In this document: positions 29,513 to 38,800 of the stretch, in pieces
Layout: each line of letters starts with the position of its first letter
Position numbering within the stretch: position 1 is the first letter of the stretch
Assembly (NCBI GenBank): GCA_050015075.1
Contig: JBEKCB010000005.1
Span: forward strand, 128,001-192,000
Length of the DNA stretch: 64,000 nt
From: Candidatus Brocadiia bacterium
Lineage (GTDB): Bacteria; Planctomycetota; Brocadiia; CAIUPP01
Reading direction: 5' to 3'
Translations under genes and position numbers: made by a program
Notes under the pieces: model-generated
The model's input: the letters and a program-made list of their open reading frames with translations, nothing else
Database searches by the model: none
What the model was told of the DNA's origin: nothing

Positions 29513-30340
29513 ATGTGCAGCCCGTTGACGGAATATCTCGAGTCCATGTTCAGCCTCGAAGGCCGCACCGCCGTGGTGACCGGCGGCGGCGGAGTGCTCT
29601 GCAGCCGCATGGCCGAGGCGCTGGCCCAGGCCGGCGCGAGCGTCATCCTCTGGGACGTCCGCCAGGACGCGCTCAACGAGAAGGTCGCCCAGATCCGCAA
29701 GACCCTCGGCGACGACAAGCGCGCCAACGCCGTTCAGGTGGACCTGATGAACGAAGACTCCATCCGCGCCGGGATCGAGAAGTCCGTGAAGTTCACCGGC
29801 CAGGTGGACATCCTCCTCAACGGCGCCGGCGGCAACCGCGGCAAGTCCACGCTCCAGGAGGTCAAGGCCGAGGACATCGAATTCGTCCTCAAGCTGAACT
29901 TGCTCGCCGGCTGCATCCTGCCGGTGAAGCATTTCTCCAAGTACTGGATCGAGAAGAAGATCAAGGGCACGATCATCAACATCGCCTCGATGGCGTCGTT
30001 CAACCCGCTCTCGGGCGTCTACGCCTATTCGGCCGCCAAGGCGGCGGTGATGAACCAGACGGTAGCGCAGGCCAAGGAGCTGGCCCCGTTCGGCATCCGC
30101 GCCAACGCCATCGCGCCGGGATTCCTCATCGCCGACCAGAACCGCGCGCTGCTGCTCAACCCGGACGGCTCACTCACGCCGCGCGGGCAGGCGGTCATCC
30201 ATCATACGCCCGCCGGCCGGTTCGGCGAGGCCCACGAACTCGTCGGCGCGATCCTGTTCCTGGCCTCCGACAAGGCCGCCGGCTTCGTCAGCGGCATCAC
30301 CCTGCCGGTGGACGGCGCGTACCTGGCGTTCAACATCTGA
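29513..30340 (+). CDS. SDR oxidoreductase (D-mannonate/gluconate dehydrogenase-like)
   Basis: TGGGGVL, NGAGGN, YSAAK, and NAIAPGF...QNR.LL. Confidence 0.85.
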   Translation: MCSPLTEYLESMFSLEGRTAVVTGGGGVLCSRMAEALAQAGASVILWDVRQDALNEKVAQIRKTLGDDKRANAVQVDLMNEDSIRAGIEKSVKFTGQVDILLNGAGGNRGKSTLQEVKAEDIEFVLKLNLLAGCILPVKHFSKYWIEKKIKGTIINIASMASFNPLSGVYAYSAAKAAVMNQTVAQAKELAPFGIRANAIAPGFLIADQNRALLLNPDGSLTPRGQAVIHHTPAGRFGEAHELVGAILFLASDKAAGFVSGITLPVDGAYLAFNI

Positions 30341-30360
30341 TCTCGAACAAGGGAAAAGGC

Positions 30361-31269
30361 ATGGCCGGCGATCCGCAGGCGCCGCTCAAGGCGCTCGAGC
30401 CGAAGCACGAGTTCTTCATCGGCATTGACTCGGACGGCTGCGCGTTCGACACGATGGAGATCAAGCACAAGGAGTGCTTCTGCCCGAACTTCATTGACCA
30501 TTTTCACTGCCAGGCGGTCAGCAAGTACACGCGCGACGCCTGGGACTTCGTCAACCTCTACTCGAAATGGCGCGGCTGCAACCGGTGGCAGGCGGTCGTC
30601 CGCGTCCTCGACCTGCTCCACGACCGCGACGAGGTCAAACGCCGCCACGCGAAGATCACCGAGGGCAAGGCCATCAAGGAGTTCGCGAGATCCAACAAGG
30701 TGCTGAGCAACGACACGCTCAAGGAAGCGATCGCGCGCGCCCACGATCCGGCGGCGAAGAAGGAGCTCGAGGAGGCGCTCGCCTGGTCGAAGGCGGTCAA
30801 CGAGTCCATCGCGAAGATGGTGCATGACGTGCCGCCCTTCCCGTTCGTCCGCGAGTGCCTGGAGAAGGCGTTCAAGAAGGCGGACATGATCGTCGTCAGC
30901 CAGACGCCGACCGAGGCGCTCGTCCGCGAGTGGAAGGAACACCGCATCGAAGGGCACGTCAGCCTCATCGCCGGCCAGGAGATGGGCAGCAAATCCGAGC
31001 ACATTCAGTTCGCCGCCGGCGGCAAATACCCGCCGTCGAAGATCCTCATGATCGGCGACGCGCCCGGCGACCTCAAGGCCGCCCGCGACAACAGCGCGCT
31101 GTTCTTCCCCATTGATCCGGGCAGCGAGGACGCTTCCTGGCAAGTGCTCTTCGAGGAGGGCCTCGACCGCTTCTTCGCGGGCACTTACGCCGGCGCATAC
31201 GAGAAGAGACTCGTCGAACAGTTCGACCGGCTGCTGCCCGAGCGGCCGCCGTGGAAGAAGAAGGGCTGA
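30361..31269 (+). CDS. HAD-family hydrolase
   Basis: GIDSDGCAFDTM, VVSQT, GQEMGSK, and MIGDAPGD. Confidence 0.85.
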   Translation: MAGDPQAPLKALEPKHEFFIGIDSDGCAFDTMEIKHKECFCPNFIDHFHCQAVSKYTRDAWDFVNLYSKWRGCNRWQAVVRVLDLLHDRDEVKRRHAKITEGKAIKEFARSNKVLSNDTLKEAIARAHDPAAKKELEEALAWSKAVNESIAKMVHDVPPFPFVRECLEKAFKKADMIVVSQTPTEALVREWKEHRIEGHVSLIAGQEMGSKSEHIQFAAGGKYPPSKILMIGDAPGDLKAARDNSALFFPIDPGSEDASWQVLFEEGLDRFFAGTYAGAYEKRLVEQFDRLLPERPPWKKKG

Positions 31270-31322
31270 GCCATTGTCAATGGCCCATTCCTGACGGATA
31301 GCGGATAAGGGATGATAGGCTT

Positions 31323-31398
31323 GGGCCGGTTTCGGCATTACCCCATGGCCTTCGCATGAACCCCTCGTGCGTTGGTTCAGCCGAGGCCGGCCCTTTTT
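31323..31398 (+). terminator. Branched stem-loop with U-tract (terminator or attenuator)
   Basis: 14-bp stem (31323-31336/31380-31393) with 2 G:U pairs, an inner TGAACC/GGTTCA hairpin, then TTTTT. Confidence 0.6.
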
Positions 31399-31442
31399 AT
31401 TGCCGCAGGTGAAAAAACGTTCTCGGACAGTTGGAGAATCGA

Positions 31443-32825
31443 ATGGATCCCCGGCGGGAAAACATGCTGCGCGAGCTGCGGTCCATCCTCGGCGCCGAGC
31501 GCGTCTCGGCCGAGATCGAGGAGCGGATCCTCGCGTCTTACGACGGCACGCGCCGCTCCGCGCTGCCGGACATCGTCGCGTTCCCGCAGACCGCCGAGGA
31601 AATCTCCCGCGTGCTGCGCTGGGCAAACCGCGAGAAGACGCCGGTCTATCCGCGCGGCGCGGCGAGCGGGCTGACCGGCGGCGCGGTGCCCGTCGGCGGC
31701 GGAGTCGCGCTCGACCTCCGGCGGATGAACCGCATCCTCGAGGTGGACGACGACAACCAGGTGGCCACTGTCGAGCCGGGCGTCACCGTCAGCGATTTCC
31801 AGGCCGAGGTGCAGCGCCGCGGCCTGTTCTATCCGCCCGACCCCGCCAGCGCGGATTTCTCCACGCTCGGCGGCAACGTCGCCGAATGCGCCGGCGGGCT
31901 GCGCGCGGTCAAGTACGGCGTCACGCGCGATTACGTCACCGGCCTCGAGGTCGTCCTGCCGCAGGGCGACATCATCCACGTCGGCGCGCGCACGCTGAAG
32001 TGCGTCACCGGCTACGACCTCACGCGCCTCTTCGTCGGCTCCGAAGGCACCCTCGGCGTCTTCACGAAGATCCACCTGCGCCTCATCCCGCTCCCGCCGG
32101 CGCGGCGCACGCTGCTGGCGCTCTTCGAGTCACCCGAGGCCGCCGCAAACGCCTCGACGCGCGTCCTCAAGGCCGGGATTCTGCCGGCCGCGCTGGAGTT
32201 CATAGATGACGTGACGATCGAGTGCATCCGCAAGAAGCAGCCGCTGGATATCCCCGCCGCCGCGCGGGGCGCGCTCATCATCGAGCTCGACGGCGACGAG
32301 GCCTCCTGCGTCTCCGGCATCGGGATCATTGCGGGCGTTCTCGCCCGGAACGGGGCGCTGGAGAGCCGCCGCGCCGACACGCCCGCCGACCGGACGCGGC
32401 TTTGGGCGTTCCGCAAGGCCGCCTCGCCCGCGCTGTTCGCGGCCTTACCGAACAAGCTCAACGAGGACATCTGCGTCCTGCCGAGCCGCACCTCCGAGAT
32501 GCTCCGCCGCACGCGCGACATCGCCGCGAAGCACGGAGTCCTCATCGCCAACTACGGGCACATCGGCGAGGGGAACCTGCACGTGAATATCATGTACCCG
32601 CACGGCGAAAAGGCGCACGCCGAAGCCGAGGCGGCCTCGGTCGAGGTCATGAAAGCCGCCCTCGAACTCGGCGGCACACTCTCCGGCGAGCACGGCATCG
32701 GCCTGACCAAGCTGGAGTTCCTTCCGCTCGAAGTCGCCCCCGTCGAACTCGCGCTCATGCGCTCCATCAAGAAACTGCTCGACCCGAACAACATCCTCAA
32801 CCCGGGGAAAATTTTCAGTTCCTGA
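31443..32825 (+). CDS. FAD-linked oxidase, GlcD/D-lactate dehydrogenase family
   Basis: PRGAASGLTGG, YPPDPAS, VGSEGTLG, GHIGEGNLH, GEHGIG, and LNPGK. Confidence 0.92.
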   Translation: MDPRRENMLRELRSILGAERVSAEIEERILASYDGTRRSALPDIVAFPQTAEEISRVLRWANREKTPVYPRGAASGLTGGAVPVGGGVALDLRRMNRILEVDDDNQVATVEPGVTVSDFQAEVQRRGLFYPPDPASADFSTLGGNVAECAGGLRAVKYGVTRDYVTGLEVVLPQGDIIHVGARTLKCVTGYDLTRLFVGSEGTLGVFTKIHLRLIPLPPARRTLLALFESPEAAANASTRVLKAGILPAALEFIDDVTIECIRKKQPLDIPAAARGALIIELDGDEASCVSGIGIIAGVLARNGALESRRADTPADRTRLWAFRKAASPALFAALPNKLNEDICVLPSRTSEMLRRTRDIAAKHGVLIANYGHIGEGNLHVNIMYPHGEKAHAEAEAASVEVMKAALELGGTLSGEHGIGLTKLEFLPLEVAPVELALMRSIKKLLDPNNILNPGKIFSS

Positions 32826-32833
32826 CGGCTTGA

Positions 32834-33463
32834 CTATGCGCCGTGGTATCGTTTCTTTACGGTCGCCGGACCCTGATGCCCTACGGAGCGGGCGATCTGG
32901 TCAAGCCGTTGTACGCCGATGAAGCCGTGATATTTCGCCGCCAGCGAGCGAAGACGGGCATAGCTTTTGGTCGGCGTAACCTTGAGAAGCTCGGCGACGT
33001 CCCGGTCGTCCTTGGCGTCGAAGATGGCCAGCTTCATGCAAACCAGGTGATCCCGCGGAACGACGGGCACGGCGAAAGGACCGATGTGAAGGCGTTTGCG
33101 CTGTCGTCGCGCGGCCCGGACGGCATCGGCGAATAGCCCCGACAAATGCGGGTGCCGGTCTATGAAGTCAACGGCGATTCCCGACGTCCGTACTCCGCAC
33201 CCGCCGATATCCAGACTCTTGACTTTGTACCCTTTATCCGAAGCGATTACCGCAAGATCGCGCTCGCGCCCATAAGGCACCGCGAAATTAACTTCCTTCG
33301 TGAGTCCTTGCCCTTCAGCGGGAACATAACTCCACACTGCCAGCCGGCCGGCGAGAGCAAATGGCGTACGGGCTTCGCGCAAAATCGTGAGACCCGCCAA
33401 AAGCGACTTCTCGGCATCAAACCGAAGAGAGGACATGTCGGTCTGCTTCCGATATCTCGCCAC
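32834..33463 (-). CDS. Nucleotidyltransferase-like protein (AbiEii/DUF6036-like), degenerate motif
   Basis: FALAGRLAV, TKEVNF, and LVCMKL....KD..DV..L; lower GC. Confidence 0.55.
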   Translation of the reverse strand: MARYRKQTDMSSLRFDAEKSLLAGLTILREARTPFALAGRLAVWSYVPAEGQGLTKEVNFAVPYGRERDLAVIASDKGYKVKSLDIGGCGVRTSGIAVDFIDRHPHLSGLFADAVRAARRQRKRLHIGPFAVPVVPRDHLVCMKLAIFDAKDDRDVAELLKVTPTKSYARLRSLAAKYHGFIGVQRLDQIARSVGHQGPATVKKRYHGA

Positions 33464-33477
33464 GGTGCGCTCTCCTT

Positions 33478-35418
33478 CTAAGGCTTCTTCGCCTTGACGA
33501 AGTTCAGCATTCCGCCGGCCAGGATGATCTCGCGTTCCCGCGGGCCCAACTCGCAGCGGAGGGCGATGGTCAGGTCCTTCGCGGGGACCTTCAATTCGAG
33601 GTCCTTCCCGGCGGCGATCCGCGCGCGCAGGTCGGTGACCTCGACGCGGTCGCCCTGCTGCAGACGGTCGTAGTCCGCCTCGTTGACGAACGTCGCCGGG
33701 ACGATGCCGAAGTTGATGAGGTTGGACCGGTGGATGCGCTCGATCGTCTTAGCGGCGACCATCCGAACGCCGAGGTGCATCGGGCATAACGCCGCGTGCT
33801 CGCGGCTGGAACCCTGCCCGTAACTCAGTCCCGCGACGATCACGTTGTCCACGCCGTTCTTTTTATTCGACCCCGCGCGGCCGGCGAAAGTCGCGTCCAC
33901 GTTCTCGAACACGAACTCGGAGTACTTGGCGATGTTCGACCGGTACTTCATCCGCGAACCGGCCGGGATGATGTGGTCGGTCGTGACCTTGTCGCCGACC
34001 TTGATGGCGACCTCGCCCGCGATCCGCTCCTTGAGCGGCTCGGCGACCGGCGGCAGCCCGATACCGGCGCCGCGGTAAATCTCGACCTTCGATCGGTCCG
34101 CCGGCGGCTGGAGGATCATCGCGTCGTCCACGTGGAATTTCTTCGGCAGCCGGATCGCCGGCGGCGCGGAGCCGAGGTCGCGCGGGTCGGTGATGACGCC
34201 GGTGATGGCCGCGGCGGCAGCGACTTGAGGGCTGACGAGGTAGACGTTCGCCGACTGCGTGCCGCTGCGCCCGAGGAAATTCCGGTTGCTGGTCCTGAGA
34301 CTGACGGCATGGCTCCTCGGCGCCTGGCCGATGCCGATGCAGAACCCGCAGGCGCATTCGTTGATGCGCGCGCCGGCCGCGATGAGCGCCGCCAGCCCGC
34401 CGCTCGCCACGATCATCTCCATCACCTGCCGCGACGCGGGCGCGACGACCAGGCTGACATTCGGGTGCAGCCGCCGGCCTTCGAGCATCTTCGCGACGGT
34501 CATCAGGTCGCTATACGAGGAGTTCGTGCAGCTCCCGACGCAGACCTGGTCCACCGGCGTGCCGGCGATCTCGCGCACCTTGGCGATGTTGCCGGGGCTA
34601 TGCGGCGTCGCGGCCAGCGGCTCGAGCGCGGAGAGGTTCACCTGCATCCGCTTCTCGTACGCCGCGCCCGGCTCCGGCTTCAGCTCGATCCATTGTTCCG
34701 CGCGCCCCTGCGCGGTCAGGAACCGCCGCGTGACAGAGTCGCTCGGGAAAACAGAGCTGGTCACGCCCATCTCGGCGCCCATGTTGGCGATCGTGGCGCG
34801 TTCCGGGACGGAGAGCGTGCGGACGCCCGGCCCGGCGTATTCGACGACGAAGCCGACGTTCCCCTTCGTCGTGAGCTGCCGCAGCATTTCCAGGATGATG
34901 TCCTTGGCTGAGACCCACGGCGAGAGTTTGCCGGCGAGGTCCACGCGGCAGACGCTCGGCGCCGCCAGCGTGAACGTCCCCTGCGCCATGGCGGCGGCCA
35001 CGTCGAGCCCGCCGGCGCCGATGGCCAGGCAGCCGATGCCGCCGGCGGTCGGCGTGTGCGAGTCGGAGCCCAGCAGCGTCTTTCCGGGGCGCGCGAACCG
35101 CTCCAGGTGCACCTGGTGGCAGATGCCGTTCCCCGCGCGCGAGTAGAGAATGCCGTATTTTGCCGCCACCGTCTGGAGATATTTCTGGTCGTCGGCGTTC
35201 TCGTAGCCGTCCTGGAGCGTGTTGTGGTCCACGTAACTGACGGAGAGTTCCGTCTGCAGCCGCTCGGCGCCCATCGCCTCGAGCTGCAAGTACGCCATCG
35301 TCCCGGTCGCGTCCTGCGTGAGAGTCTGGTCAATCCGGATCGTCAACTCCCGGCCGGGCTCCAGGCTTCCGGAGACCATGTGTTCATTGAGGATTCTGCG
35401 GGCGACGGAAAGGCGCAT
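33478..35418 (-). CDS. Aconitate hydratase (short, Aquifex-type)
   Basis: DQTLTQDATG, DHN, GSDSHT, GSCTNSS, CGFCIG, TTDHI, and GSSREHA. Confidence 0.92.
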   Translation of the reverse strand: MRLSVARRILNEHMVSGSLEPGRELTIRIDQTLTQDATGTMAYLQLEAMGAERLQTELSVSYVDHNTLQDGYENADDQKYLQTVAAKYGILYSRAGNGICHQVHLERFARPGKTLLGSDSHTPTAGGIGCLAIGAGGLDVAAAMAQGTFTLAAPSVCRVDLAGKLSPWVSAKDIILEMLRQLTTKGNVGFVVEYAGPGVRTLSVPERATIANMGAEMGVTSSVFPSDSVTRRFLTAQGRAEQWIELKPEPGAAYEKRMQVNLSALEPLAATPHSPGNIAKVREIAGTPVDQVCVGSCTNSSYSDLMTVAKMLEGRRLHPNVSLVVAPASRQVMEMIVASGGLAALIAAGARINECACGFCIGIGQAPRSHAVSLRTSNRNFLGRSGTQSANVYLVSPQVAAAAAITGVITDPRDLGSAPPAIRLPKKFHVDDAMILQPPADRSKVEIYRGAGIGLPPVAEPLKERIAGEVAIKVGDKVTTDHIIPAGSRMKYRSNIAKYSEFVFENVDATFAGRAGSNKKNGVDNVIVAGLSYGQGSSREHAALCPMHLGVRMVAAKTIERIHRSNLINFGIVPATFVNEADYDRLQQGDRVEVTDLRARIAAGKDLELKVPAKDLTIALRCELGPREREIILAGGMLNFVKAKKP

Positions 35419-35836
35419 CTGTTTTCTCCTGGTTTGCCGACTAGGGAATGCGGGTCGCAAACTGGAACGTTACACGGAATGGCCAGCAAAATCAAGGCAG
35501 CGCGGAGTGCGGATAAGGACGAAAAAAAGATGAAGGCTTAAGAACGGCGGCAGATTATGAGCCGTCTTTATCCTTCATCCTTGAATTTCACTTTACAAAC
35601 GGGATTCCGATGGTCAAAATACGATATAGTATGGCTGACCGTCACGCGCGCGCAGCGTTCTGCGCGCGATAGGTTGGGTTGTCTGAGGAATTTCAGATAA
35701 TCTCGTGTTTGAAAGCCGACTGTCCTTGGGAGGACGGTCAAGTGGGAAATCCCGGATTACACGGCTTAAGCCTGCGCGCCGCAGCGGCGACGAGAACCGG
35801 GCGTCCCGCGCTGCGGCCATCTTTCGCGGACCCGTT

Positions 35837-38800
35837 ATGAACTCCAAAGAACGCCGAAGCAATGAGCCGTTGCAGCTCTCCTCGGAAGCGACCGCCGACT
35901 TCCGAGTGCTGGTGGAGAACCTCGCCGAGCCGGTCGTGATCATGGACCGCGCCGGCACGATCCGCTTCATGAACCCGCGCGCGGAGCGGATGCTGGTGCT
36001 GGGGCTCAAGGAACAGGTCGAAGCGTACCTGAAAAACCCGTCCCACCGACAACCGGACAGCCAAGTCCGATTCCGTGTCGACCGCTTCGGCGACCTGGTC
36101 CTGCGAATCCACATTTCCAATGTCCCCTGGCAGGGCCAGCCGGCGATGCAGGTGTCGCTGAGGAACGTAACACACTACGTCACGCCCGCACAACGCTTCT
36201 CGGAGGAGACCGCGCAGTTCAATGGGGACAACGGCGGCTCGCAGAGATCGCTCGAGCAACTCGAGGCGCGGTTACAGGATCTCGCCGCGGAACGCGACAA
36301 CGTTTACGCTGCGACTGCGCAGCGGCTCGCACAGGAGACCGCCCAGTTCCAAAAAAACCAGCAGGAGGCGCAGGCGCAGCGCGAACGGCTGGAGGCGCAG
36401 TTGAAAGAACTCGCCGCGGAGAAAGAACGCATCGAGCAGTCGCTCCGCGCCGAACTGGCGCAACTTCGCGAAGCCGCGGCCAAGGCGGAGCCGGCCAACG
36501 AGGACCTCGTCCAGGCCCGGCGGACGATGGACGAATTAGCCGCCGCCCGCCGCGAACTCGAGGCGCGCACCGGACATAGCCCCGAGGAGTGGTCTTCATT
36601 GAGGCAGCTCCAGGCGGACGCAGCGGAAGCGGAGAGCCGGCTCGCGGCGGCGCAGAAGAAGTCCAGAGCGGCGGCCGAGAAGGCGAGCGCCGAGCGGCGC
36701 CAGGCGCAGGATGAGGCGCAGTCACTCCGCGAGCGGCTCGCCGAGGCCGAGCGCGCAACGGCGGAGTCGGCCGAGCGCAATCGGCGGCTCGACGAACAGG
36801 TGAATCAGCTCGCCGCCGAGCGCGAGAACGCCGCCCGACAGCTTCACGATGCGATCGCTGCGCGGGACCGGTCGCAGGACGAAATCGCGCGGTTGCAGCA
36901 ACTGCTCGACGCAGCCGGCCGCGCGCAGGAGGAATTGAGCGCCGGCCGCCAGGCGCTCGAGGAGCGGGCCCGGCAGCAGGCCGACGAACTCCTGAAGTCC
37001 GGCGCGCAACTTCAGGCCGAGTCCGCGAGCCGCGCCGAGGCGGAGAAGACCGTCGCACAACTTCAGGCGCAGGTCGCCGACGGCGACAACGCCAAGGCGG
37101 AAAGTGAACGCCTTCGGCAGCAGATTGCTGAAACCGAGAGCGCGGGCAAGAATCTGCATGCCGAGCAGCAGAGGCTGACGGAGCGCGCGCAACAGGCTGA
37201 GGAAGCGTCGGCAAAGCTCCGGGACCAGCTCCGGCAGCAACTCGAGGAACTCCAGCGTCTGCGGGATGCAAACAGCTTGATGGAGCAAGAGCGGGCGGCA
37301 TCCGCGCGGGTGGCCGATGAACTGCGGGCCCGCAGTCAGACCATCGAGGGACGTGCGAAAGAGCAGGCCGACGAGCTGACCAAGGCGCTCGAGCAACTTC
37401 GGGCGGAAATCGCCCAGCGCGAAAAACTGACAGCAGAGGCTTCTCAACTCCGTGACGAGGCCGCCGAGTCCCGGCGCGTGCGCGAGGAGTTGGAGACACG
37501 GCTCCTCCAGCTTCAAGGACCCTTGGCGGAGCTGGCCCGCGCGCAGGAGCAATCCAAGGCAGAGCTTGCGAAAGAGACCGAGCTCCGGGCGCGAGCCGTG
37601 GCGGAAGTCCAGCAGCTCCGGCAAGAGGTTTCTGCGGCCCGGCAGGCGCAGGCACAGCTTGCCGCGCAACGGGCGGAGCTTCAAGTACAGGTCGAGGAGC
37701 TGACCGCGCCTCGGAAGCGGCCCGATGAGGAACTGGAGAAGGAGAAGGCGGCGCAGCTCGAGTTGGCGGAACTTACCGCCCGGTGCCTCCGGTTCCAGGA
37801 AGAGATCAAGAAACTGGCGGCATCGCAGGAACGGGCGAACGTGCAACTTCAAGTTGAGTACGCAGAGCGAAAACGAACGGAAGAAGAAAACGAGCAACTG
37901 CGCGAGCACGTCGCCGAGTCCAAGCGGGCTGCAGAGTACCTCAGGAATCAACGGAACGTGCTCGAGGGAGAGGTGAAACGATGCGGCGACGAAATCGCCG
38001 CGCTCACGCAACAACTTCGGCACGAAGGGGGCCAGGGGAAGCAGGCCCAAGTGGAAAATGAGCAGCTCCGGCAAGCGCAGGCAGGCTGGGAGGCCCGGTA
38101 TTTCCAGGTCCAAGAGCAACTGAAGGAACTGGCCCGCGCACGGGAGGAGGTCAAGGCGCAACTGGAGAAGGAAGTCGGGCAGCGGACGCGAGCCGAGGCG
38201 GCAGTCCAGCAGCTCCGGCAGGAGGTCTCTGCGGCCCAGCGGGCGCGGGCAGAACTCGCCGCTCAGCAGACGCAGCTTCAGGCGCAGAGGAGGGAACTCT
38301 CTGTCTTCCAGGGGAACTCCCAGGCGGAGTTGGAGAGAGAGATTGTCGAACGAAAACGAGCCCAGGGCGAAGTGGAGCAGCTTCGCCACGAGCGTTTCGT
38401 CCTCCAGAAGGCGCAAGAGGAACTTGAATTGCGCCACACGCAGTTCCAAACGCAACTGGATGACGACGCGAGGGCGCTGGACGAAGCGCGGCTGAAGCTT
38501 CAAGAGGAACACTCCCAGCGGGAGCTGTCAGAAAAGCAGAATGAACAGCTGTCGCAGGAAATCGGTCAGGTCAACCGAGCGCTGCAGGAGTCGGAGGCCA
38601 AACGCTCCGAACTGGAAGCGGCAACGACCGCCCGCCCGGCTGAGACGGAGAAGCTCGTGAAGCAGGTTGGCCAGGAGGCCGCCGAGCGCGAACAACTGCA
38701 GGCAAGGCAGCACGACCTCGAACTGGAGCTGGCCGAGCTCAGACAGGCGGAGGCAAAATGGCAGCGGCAGCGCGACGAACTGGAAGCGCTGGTGCAATTG

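Noticed and set aside
29515-31269. 584-aa fusion ORF ending in the HAD domain
   Set aside because: The N-terminal half is an off-frame overlap of the SDR gene; the real start is ATG 30361.
31323-31398. 6S RNA or fluoride riboswitch
   Set aside because: TGAACC/GGTTCA recalls 6S, but the element is ~75 nt with no long central-bubble rod. The fluoride riboswitch consensus is absent.
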